44,175 bases of DNA from a virus: positions 1-44,175 of the IMG/VR virus record IMGVR_UViG_3300029715_000022; one strand, 5' to 3'. The notes under the pieces were generated by a model. That model did not search any database, was not told the DNA's origin, and saw nothing but the letters and a program-made list of their open reading frames with translations. The position numbers were made by a program, and so were the translations under genes. This document shows positions 7,494 to 14,204 of this stretch, piece by piece (position 1 is the stretch's first letter; the number at the start of each line of letters is the position of its first letter).

Positions 7494-7515
7494 AATTGCG
7501 AGAGGAGGTGATACC

Positions 7516-7911
7516 ATGTCCGGCACGATCAATGACCGCATTGCGCAGGTCATCGCCGCCCAAAATATTACCCGCACAAAATTTGCTGAGGCCCTGCATC
7601 TCAGCCAGCCCTATGTGTCCGGCATCTGCACCGGCGCAAGGCAGCCCTCGGATCGGACGATCCTCGACATCTGCCGGGTCTACGGCGTCTCGGAGCTCTG
7701 GCTGCGGGAGGGGCAGGGCGAGATGTACGTCCAGCGGACCCTCCGGCAGGAGATCCTCGACCTCGCGCGCAGCCTTTCGGAGGCCCCGCCGGGCGACCTT
7801 CGCCGGGACTTCCTGCTCGCCCTGGCCGACCTCCCGCCGGAGTTCTGGCCCAAGCTGGCCGACTTTATGGAGGAGATCCTTGCCCGCCGCGCCGACGACC
7901 CCGGCAAATAG
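7516..7911 (+). CDS. XRE-family HTH transcriptional repressor (CI-like), 131 aa
   Basis: N-terminal HTH (ITRTKFAEALHLSQPYVSGICTGARQPS). Placed divergently to the early operon. Confidence 0.8.
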   Translation: MSGTINDRIAQVIAAQNITRTKFAEALHLSQPYVSGICTGARQPSDRTILDICRVYGVSELWLREGQGEMYVQRTLRQEILDLARSLSEAPPGDLRRDFLLALADLPPEFWPKLADFMEEILARRADDPGK

Positions 7912-7916
7912 CGCAA

Positions 7917-7944
7917 AGCCCGCAGCACCCGCTGCGGGCTTTTG
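7917..7944 (+). terminator. Rho-independent terminator after the repressor gene
   Basis: Stem agcccgcagc / gctgcgggct, loop accc, then TTTTG. Confidence 0.75.
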
Positions 7945-8211
7945 CTATACTCTGTCGGCAGCGCCGCTCTGTTCGCACTATCGGTAGCGGCGCTCAGTGA
8001 GCGCCCGGTACGCACCCATTCTTTTGCTCAAGTGCTCTGGTGCACCTCCGCACCACCGGCAGCACCGCGCGGTGCTGCCGTAACCAAAAAACAAAGCAGC
8101 CACCGGTCTGCTAACGGTGACTGCCCTGTTGCAAAAAGAAAGGAGATTTTTGTGCACTGAAAACGAAAGAAAGAATCGATAAACGCTTACTACCCTGCGC
8201 CCCTGCCTATA

Positions 8212-8340
8212 TTATATCGCATCGTTTTCATATTCTAAACGCGAATTGCGCCGCAGCGCCCGAAGAAACTGCAGCAAACTGTAAAGCTCCGCCTCCGTCA
8301 GGTGCGCCAGCTCCCCGATCACCTCTGCCAAAATGTCCAT
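8212..8340 (-). CDS. Small hypothetical protein (42 aa; below the ORF-track cutoff)
   Basis: Hand-translated: MDILAEVIGELAHLTEAELYSLLQFLRALRRNSRLEYENDAI. AAGGAGG lies 6 nt before the ATG. Confidence 0.4.
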   Translation of the reverse strand: MDILAEVIGELAHLTEAELYSLLQFLRALRRNSRLEYENDAI

Positions 8341-8436
8341 CTTTTTCCTCCTTTTCCGTCGTAAGGGTTGCCCCTCCCCCCCCGCATTCTAGCATTTTTG
8401 TGCATTTTACACTCTGCTATTTGTGCAATGTGCCGC

Positions 8437-8466
8437 TTGATATCCCCTGCCGCTTTATGGTATACT
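8437..8466 (+). promoter_or_regulatory. Candidate promoter for 8489..9064
   Basis: TTGATA, 18 nt, TATACT, with TGg upstream (extended -10). Confidence 0.5.
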
Positions 8467-8488
8467 CACTTTGGAAGGAGTGTTGCTT

Positions 8489-9064
8489 ATGCCTGATTAT
8501 CCATCCCCCGCTGCAAAGCGCCGCCGCATTGTGCAAAACATTGTCACAGCCCTGTCCCTGATCCTGTCCGTCGTTCTCATCATCGTCCTCGCCACCGCCG
8601 AGCCGGATAGCTCCGTTTACCAGCGCGGCTTTGATTCCGGCCATGCCTCTGGCTATGTCGCGGGGAAAAACGATGAGGCTACCCCTGCATATAATCGCGG
8701 CTATGCCGCCGGGAAAGAGAGCGGATATATCAACGGCCGGAACAAGGGCTATTGGGAAGGCAAGCAGTACATGCAGCAATATATCGACGAGCTGCAGGAA
8801 GAACTGCGTGACTACCGCCTTGCCGAGCGTGGTGCCGAATCCGGCCGGGACGTCCTTGCAGAATACTTTGCCCGCAAAGATGAAGCAGCCAGCTCTCAGC
8901 CTACCTCCCCGACCTCTGCGTCCTACATTGCCAATATGTCTACCGGCAAATTTCACCGATCTACCTGCAGTTATCTGCCTGATGTAGGGAATCGTGCCTA
9001 TTTCTACTCCGCCGAAGCGGCCCGCGCCGCCGGTTATTCGCCGTGCGGGCATTGCAATCCCTGA
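8489..9064 (+). CDS. Membrane-anchored protein with C-terminal Ada-type zinc-binding motif (191 aa)
   Basis: GGAAGGAG RBS. TM helix IVTALSLILSVVLIIVLA. C-terminus KFHRSTCSYLP...AEAARAAGYSPCGHCNP. Confidence 0.7.
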   Translation: MPDYPSPAAKRRRIVQNIVTALSLILSVVLIIVLATAEPDSSVYQRGFDSGHASGYVAGKNDEATPAYNRGYAAGKESGYINGRNKGYWEGKQYMQQYIDELQEELRDYRLAERGAESGRDVLAEYFARKDEAASSQPTSPTSASYIANMSTGKFHRSTCSYLPDVGNRAYFYSAEAARAAGYSPCGHCNP

Positions 9065-9273
9065 CGCACACACATCTCCAGCACGTCCAGCACCTCCCGC
9101 CGCCCCTCCGGCGGCAGCCGCAGAAACTCCCGCACGATCTTCTCCTCCGTGGCTGGCTGCCCCCCACAGGCAGCCAGCCGCATTTTCTCCGCCAGCCTTC
9201 GGATGTTATCCTGCTGCTCCCCCCGCATTGCGCGGTACCGGCGCAGGCACCACCATCGGATCCAACTCTGCAT
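9034..9273 (-). CDS. Small hypothetical protein (79 aa)
   Basis: AAGGGGG RBS before the ATG at 9273. Converges on and overlaps 8489..9064 by 31 nt, so it is uncertain. Confidence 0.35.
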   Translation of the reverse strand: MQSWIRWWCLRRYRAMRGEQQDNIRRLAEKMRLAACGGQPATEEKIVREFLRLPPEGRREVLDVLEMCVRQGLQCPHGE

Positions 9274-9400
9274 ACTGCGCACCCCCTTGCGCCCTCATCG
9301 TACCACGTCCACCCGGCGCGCTTCCAGCCGCAGAACCGGCCCCTGCTTCCCGTTTCTGCGCCTGTGCGTGCCCGTTTTTGCACCAGACAGGAGGCGACAC

Positions 9401-9805
9401 ATGTTATCCGATCGCATGAATGAGATCAAGCAGAAAACCGGGCTCACCAATGCCTCTTGGGCCGAGCGGTCCGGCGTCCCCATCAGCACCGTCTCGCGGA
9501 TCCTCTCCGGCGCGACGGAGAACCCCGGTTTCCAAACGGTCCTCGATCTGATCTCGGCTGCTGAGGTCCCGCTCTCGGCCGTCCTTCCGGATGGCCTTGT
9601 CTTCCCGGACTCTCCCGCTTCGCCTCCCGCTGCGGAGCTGCTGGCCGAGAAGGATCGCCGCATCGCCGGGCTGGAGCGGCAGGTCGCTTTCCGCTCGCGC
9701 TGGATGCGGCTCCTCGCCATCATCTGCACCACGCTTGTCGCCGTGCTCGCCTTTTTGCTGATTTACGACGCGCTCAGCCCCCACGTCGGCTGGTTCCGCA
9801 GTTGA
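9401..9805 (+). CDS. XRE-type HTH protein with C-terminal TM anchor (134 aa)
   Basis: AGGAGG RBS. HTH segment LTNASWAERSGVPISTVSRILSG. C-terminal TM helix LLAIICTTLVAVLAFLLIY. The stop overlaps the integrase leader. Confidence 0.75.
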   Translation: MLSDRMNEIKQKTGLTNASWAERSGVPISTVSRILSGATENPGFQTVLDLISAAEVPLSAVLPDGLVFPDSPASPPAAELLAEKDRRIAGLERQVAFRSRWMRLLAIICTTLVAVLAFLLIYDALSPHVGWFRS

Positions 9806-9825
9806 TGCCCCAAGGAGAGTCTGCT

Positions 9826-10980
9826 ATGCCGATCACAAAAATACAAAAAAAGCGCGACGGCCTGCAGGGCTATCGCGTCCGCGTCAATTATACCGATCCC
9901 GACACCGGAGCCTACCGCCGGATCGAGCGCATCGTCTACGGCAAGGCCGAGGCCGCCGAGATGGAGCGCCAGCTCAGCGCCGAGGCCAAATTCCCCGCCC
10001 CCACCGCCGACGACCGCCTCACCGTCGCCGAGTTTGCCCAGCAGTATCTCAAATACAAATCGAACGAAGTGCGTGCATCCTCGCTCGCCACGCATGAGGC
10101 CCGCCTGCGCACGCACGCTATCCCATTTTTCGGCCCGCTGCGTATGCGCGCCGTCACCCCACGGCACGTTGCCGATTGGGTGTCGTCCCTGCACAGTAAG
10201 GGCCTCGCCCCCAATACCATCTCCGAGGTCTACGCAATTACAAAATCCATGTTCGCGCGCGCCGTCGAACTCCGCATCATCCCAACATCTCCCTTCGGGC
10301 GGCTCCGCTGCCGACGCAAGGCCATGCCAGACGCCCCGCAGCACGATTTCCAATTCTATACCGCAGAGCAATTTCAGCGTTTTTACGCATCGGCAGCCGC
10401 CGCCGTTTCCATTGCAAAAAATCCCATCCAAGAGCGGCAATACATGATGTTTTTCGTCGTCGCATTTTATACCGGCATGCGGCCCGGCGAAGTCCTCGCC
10501 CTTCACTGGACGGATATCGACTTCCCGGCCCGCCTGATCCGTATCCGCCGCACTTATTCCGATCGGTATGGGGAGGGGCCTGTCAAAACGGAGTCCTCTG
10601 TCCGCGATATTGGCGTCCCCGCCCCCCTTTTCGAGGAGCTGCAGGCGCACCTCCGTTTTCAGCGCGGCATGCCCGGTTTTTCTCCGGACTTCCTCGTCTG
10701 CGGCGGTCCTTCGCATCTCGTGGCGTATACTGTCCGCAGGCACAAGCTTGCCTATGCGAGCGGCGCAGGACTCCCGCAGATCCGCCTCCATGATTTCAGG
10801 CACTCTCACGCCTCCCTGCTCGTTAATAATGGCATCAATATCCAGGAGGTCGCGCGCCGCCTCGGCCACTCCAATGTCAAGGAGACTTGGGACACCTATT
10901 CCCACCTGTATCCTCGCGAGCAGGACCGCGCGATCACCGTTCTTGACACCGTCCAGCTCTCTCCTCTAACCACCCCGTGA
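9826..10980 (+). CDS. int: Tyrosine recombinase / phage integrase (384 aa)
   Basis: AAGGAGAG RBS. Arm-binding-type N-terminus (ITKIQKKRDGLQGYRVRVNY). Catalytic signatures GMRPGE, HDFRHSHAS and LGHSNVKETWDTYSHLY. Confidence 0.92.
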   Translation: MPITKIQKKRDGLQGYRVRVNYTDPDTGAYRRIERIVYGKAEAAEMERQLSAEAKFPAPTADDRLTVAEFAQQYLKYKSNEVRASSLATHEARLRTHAIPFFGPLRMRAVTPRHVADWVSSLHSKGLAPNTISEVYAITKSMFARAVELRIIPTSPFGRLRCRRKAMPDAPQHDFQFYTAEQFQRFYASAAAAVSIAKNPIQERQYMMFFVVAFYTGMRPGEVLALHWTDIDFPARLIRIRRTYSDRYGEGPVKTESSVRDIGVPAPLFEELQAHLRFQRGMPGFSPDFLVCGGPSHLVAYTVRRHKLAYASGAGLPQIRLHDFRHSHASLLVNNGINIQEVARRLGHSNVKETWDTYSHLYPREQDRAITVLDTVQLSPLTTP

Positions 10981-11242
10981 TTTTCGGTGTTTTTTCGGTG
11001 TTCTCCCTCTTATGCTCCATCTCCGAAAGCGCCGGAACCCTTGTGTTTTCAATGGTTCCGGCGTTTTTTATCCTCTCTTTTTTCGTTGATGCTCATCAAC
11101 AACAACTTTTATTCATCTTTCTGTTTCTTTCTCTTTCTGCCTCTCAACGCATCTCATTTTCTCTCTTTACATTGCTCAAACTCCAACTTTCTCCGACCTC
11201 AATTTTCAAATTCTCAAAATTCTCGGTGCTCATTCGGTGCAC
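10981..11242. other. Candidate attP region (AT-rich, with arm-type repeats and a core-like palindrome)
   Basis: Lies immediately 3' of int. TTCGGTG pairs at 10983/10994 and (C/T)TCGGTG pairs at 11222/11233, each phased 11 bp apart. Palindrome GTTGATG-CT-CATCAAC at 11085-11100. This is the lowest-GC stretch of the window. Confidence 0.4.
11030..11069 (+). terminator. Rho-independent terminator after int
   Basis: Stem cgccggaacc / ggttccggcg, then TTTTTT. Confidence 0.7.
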
Positions 11243-11279
11243 AAAAGGCCCCGGCAGTCTCCTGCCGGGGCTGTTTTTG
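11243..11279. terminator. Bidirectional hairpin terminator closing the long minus-strand operon
   Basis: 10-bp stem gccccggcag / ctgccggggc with loop tctc. An A-run lies on one side and a T-run on the other. Confidence 0.7.
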
Positions 11280-11281
11280 TG

Positions 11282-11860
11282 TCACTCCACGATGCACTCG
11301 TAGTACACGCGCGCCTTGTCCGGCACGGCGTCCTTGTCCTCGAGCCACGCCTTGGCGAGATCGAGGTAGAGGTCCGTCCCGGTGCAGCCGTGGTCCATGA
11401 GTACCTCGCAAAAATCGCTGTACACCGCATTCATTGCGCACCAAAATTCGACGGGGTCGCAGTCAATGCCGCGCTCGTGCATCATCTTGAGCACATGGTC
11501 CGGTGCCCACTTCGCGCCGACCGTGCCGTCGGCGTTTTTCATACCGCCGACCCACTTCTCGGCCTCCTCCCACGACAGACGGTCGTCATCGTCCTGCTGC
11601 TTCTCGAATCCGATATGCCCCATCTCCCGGCGCCCCGGCTCGCGGCTTCGGCCGCCGCCTCTCGGCTCGATGTCGTACCGGCGGCCCATCGGCTCGTCGC
11701 GGTAGCGGCGATCATAGTCGCCGTCGCTGCGCGGCGCATAGCGGCCGTCATTGTATCGCTCGCGTCCGCGCCCGTCGCGGAATCGGCCCTCCGGCCGGTC
11801 TCTGCGTTCCTCCTCGCCGCTCCCGCGGCGGTAGAACATCATTTTTGTCCTGGCGTCCAT
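11282..11860 (-). CDS. Hypothetical protein with R/D/E/G-rich disordered head and globular C-terminal domain (192 aa)
   Basis: AAGGAGGGA RBS. The C-terminal domain reads WEEAEKWVGGMKNADGTVGAKW...NAVYSDF... Confidence 0.75.
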   Translation of the reverse strand: MDARTKMMFYRRGSGEEERRDRPEGRFRDGRGRERYNDGRYAPRSDGDYDRRYRDEPMGRRYDIEPRGGGRSREPGRREMGHIGFEKQQDDDDRLSWEEAEKWVGGMKNADGTVGAKWAPDHVLKMMHERGIDCDPVEFWCAMNAVYSDFCEVLMDHGCTGTDLYLDLAKAWLEDKDAVPDKARVYYECIVE

Positions 11861-11871
11861 ATCGTCCCTCC

Positions 11872-12258
11872 TTATGCCGTCGGCGCCGTGCCGTTGACGC
11901 TCGCCAGATTGCTGCTCGGCGCGCAGGCCGCGCGGCCCAGCAGCCGGAAACTGCCGCCCGTCGCGGTGGTGTTGAGCACCGTGCTGTACTTTGTCCGCGT
12001 GCGGATCGCACAGGCGGTCAACTGTGCGCAGCCGCAGCTTGTCAGCGGATACTGCACTGTCCCGCTGCCGATCGTCACCACGACCGGAGCCGTGATGGTC
12101 GCCGTCGTCGGGATCGTCTGCGCCACGACGAGACAGTATTTCTCGCCGTCGTTGTAGCTCCCGGCCGGCAGGTTGATCGTCAACACGCCGTCAGCAAACG
12201 TCACGGCCTGCGAGATCACAAGACGGCGGCACAGCTTACACACGTTGTTGCATGCCAT
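11872..12258 (-). CDS. Cys-rich small protein (128 aa)
   Basis: AAAGGAGGA RBS. Starts MACNNVCKLCRRL, with further Cys at TSCGCAQLTACA. Confidence 0.75.
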   Translation of the reverse strand: MACNNVCKLCRRLVISQAVTFADGVLTINLPAGSYNDGEKYCLVVAQTIPTTATITAPVVVTIGSGTVQYPLTSCGCAQLTACAIRTRTKYSTVLNTTATGGSFRLLGRAACAPSSNLASVNGTAPTA

Positions 12259-12312
12259 GGTATATCCTCCTTTGCTCAGGGGCGGCAGCTGCCGCCCCGA
12301 TCTCTCATCCCG

Positions 12313-13104
12313 TCAGAAGCAGCCGTAGCCCTGCTGGCAGCCTGCGCCGCAGTACGCCGCATGCGGGTTTTGCACCAGGTACGTCGGCTGCGGCGTCGAG
12401 TTGCCGGTCCGGCGGATCAGCTCTTCCGTGTTGGCGTCCATCGCGGCCTTGAGCACGGCGTTCTGCTCGCTCCGCGAGGCGGCCAGACGGAGCGTCTGGT
12501 TTTCCTGCTGCAGGGTCGAGATCTTGTCGTTGACCATAAAGTCCAGGATGCTGCGCGTGTTGGCGTTGGCGTTGTCGATCACGTCGCGGGCCGTGCTCTG
12601 GATGGTGTTGCGGATGTCGCAGCTCTGCGTCGCAAGGTTGTAGTTGGTGTCGGCAAAGCCTCGCTCCATCAGGCGCTGCGTCTCGCAGCAGCACTGCTGC
12701 TGTCTCGCTCCGAGGTCGCAGATCTGGCCCTGCACGCCGTTAAAGCCCTGCATCATGCCCATCTGCGTGGCGTTAAAGCCCTGCTGCATCGCGATCTGCC
12801 CGTTGAGCATGCCGGTGTTCATGGCATAGAAGCCGTCACACAGGCCGTTCTGGAGCCCGCGGATGCCGTTCTGGATCTCTGCCGTCACAAAGCCGTCGTT
12901 GACTGCCTGCCGCGTGTCGATGCCGCTGAGATACGGCACCGCCATACCGGCCCCGTTGTTGCCGTTGTTGCCCCAGTTGTTGCCAAAGATCAGGGCAAAC
13001 AGGATAATCACAATCCACCACGAGCCGCCGCCAAACATATCGTTGTTGTTGCGGTTGCCGGAGTCAGCGCCCAGCGCATACCCCATGCCAAAATCATCTG
13101 CCAT
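12313..13104 (-). CDS. N/G/Q-rich single-pass membrane protein with Cys-rich tail (263 aa)
   Basis: GAGGAGGA RBS. TM segment GGGSWWIVIILFALIFG. Q/N/G/M repeats, a CCC triplet and the C-terminus CGAGCQQGYGCF. Confidence 0.75.
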   Translation of the reverse strand: MADDFGMGYALGADSGNRNNNDMFGGGSWWIVIILFALIFGNNWGNNGNNGAGMAVPYLSGIDTRQAVNDGFVTAEIQNGIRGLQNGLCDGFYAMNTGMLNGQIAMQQGFNATQMGMMQGFNGVQGQICDLGARQQQCCCETQRLMERGFADTNYNLATQSCDIRNTIQSTARDVIDNANANTRSILDFMVNDKISTLQQENQTLRLAASRSEQNAVLKAAMDANTEELIRRTGNSTPQPTYLVQNPHAAYCGAGCQQGYGCF

Positions 13105-13206
13105 TGTTATATCCTCCTCAGTTATTTATGATCCCACGGGCCGCGCGCGCCCGGTGAGTCCTTGCTGCGCGGCTTTTCTCAGGATCCGCAAACCGAGTGG
13201 ATATGC

Positions 13207-13428
13207 TTACCGACGGAAGGGCAGCCCCAGCTGCTGTGCCATCTGCTCTACCGTCGTACCGCGCTCCCGCGCGGCGTTGTCCGCCATCTGGAGGAGCTGG
13301 TTATAATTTTTGCCCGCCAGCATCTGCTGCATCTGCTGGAGCTGAGGTCCCGCGCCCATCTGCTGCAGGGCACCCAGCGGGTTCCGGCCCCGCTGCGCCA
13401 TCTGGATCATCATCATGAGCGGATTCAT
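13207..13428 (-). CDS. Met/Gln-rich small protein (73 aa)
   Basis: GAAGGAGGA RBS. The ATG overlaps the upstream stop. Sequence MNPLMMMIQMAQRGRNPLGALQQM... Confidence 0.65.
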   Translation of the reverse strand: MNPLMMMIQMAQRGRNPLGALQQMGAGPQLQQMQQMLAGKNYNQLLQMADNAARERGTTVEQMAQQLGLPFRR

Positions 13429-13814
13429 TCTGCCGGTTCCTCCTTCTTTTCTGCGGCAGTGAGCCGCTCGCTGATGCCGTTAAGCTGCGCCTGCATCTGC
13501 TGCAGCATCGTCAGCACCGGGTCTGTCGCGGTCTGTGTGCCGTTCTGCGCGGGCTGCGGAGGCGGCGCGGGAATATACTCCCCAAAGCGTGCAGCGCCCG
13601 CCGCAGCGTCCCAGCGCTTGGTGTAGATGCGGTTGTTTTGGATGTCCGCAAACACCATCAGGCTGCCGGAAAAGTCCACCGGCGTTGAGCTTGCCTCCTC
13701 GCGGCTCGATACCATCCGGCACATCGGCCCCTGCGGCTGCAGCGGCTGCTGCCCGTAGCCTCCGTATACCGGCGGCATCACCTGATTGTACCCGGTCTGA
13801 TAGGGATATGCCAT
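13425..13814 (-). CDS. Protein with Y/G/Q/P-rich N-terminus (129 aa)
   Basis: AGGAGG RBS. Sequence MAYPYQTGYNQVMPPVYGGYGQQPLQPQ, followed by a short globular segment. Confidence 0.7.
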   Translation of the reverse strand: MAYPYQTGYNQVMPPVYGGYGQQPLQPQGPMCRMVSSREEASSTPVDFSGSLMVFADIQNNRIYTKRWDAAAGAARFGEYIPAPPPQPAQNGTQTATDPVLTMLQQMQAQLNGISERLTAAEKKEEPAE

Positions 13815-13854
13815 TGTCTCCGCCTCCTGTCTTTGATGGATATATCATACCGTC

Positions 13855-14139
13855 TCAGCCTCTGTGCTGTGCCCGCTTCCGGCGCGTCTGTGCCCGCAAT
13901 GTGTGCAGCCGCCGCTCGATCCCCTGCATCCGGCGGGATACCGTGCTCCGCGTCATCCCCTGCCCGAATTTGTCCTCCATCTCAAATGCGATGTCCAGCT
14001 GCGCCACCTGATCGATCAGGCAGCGCCGCGCGATGTAACTGTCCTCCTCCCCGAGGTTCGCCGCCCGGATCAGCGCCTCGACCTCCTCGCGCCGCATCCC
14101 GGCCGTGCAGCTCCCCGCCTGCATCCTGCCCTTTGACAT
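13855..14139 (-). CDS. Small sigma-70 region-4-like HTH protein (94 aa)
   Basis: AGGAGGGGG RBS before the ATG at 14139. HTH-like segment MTRSTVSRRMQGIERRL. Confidence 0.6.
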   Translation of the reverse strand: MSKGRMQAGSCTAGMRREEVEALIRAANLGEEDSYIARRCLIDQVAQLDIAFEMEDKFGQGMTRSTVSRRMQGIERRLHTLRAQTRRKRAQHRG

Positions 14140-14156
14140 AGTTCCCCCTCCTGTGC

Positions 14157-14188
14157 ATAAAAATGGGAGAGGGCTTTCGCCCTCCCCC
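14157..14188 (-). terminator. Hairpin plus T-run after the giant gene
   Basis: On the minus strand: stem gggggagggc / gccctctccc (one bulge), followed by ATTTTTAT. Confidence 0.5.
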
Positions 14189-14204
14189 GCTGTGCGGTAT
14201 TTTG

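Noticed and set aside
7942-8160. 72-aa plus-strand ORF after the repressor terminator
   Set aside because: It starts inside the terminator tail and has no RBS. It spans the hairpin-rich stretch and has odd composition, so I treated the region as non-coding.
10981-11280. tRNA gene at the attachment region (also checked 7945-8211)
   Set aside because: I could not fold a cloverleaf. There is no GTTCRA T-loop motif or 7-bp acceptor pairing. A phage attP may carry only a partial tRNA 3' end, which cannot be recognised without the host sequence.
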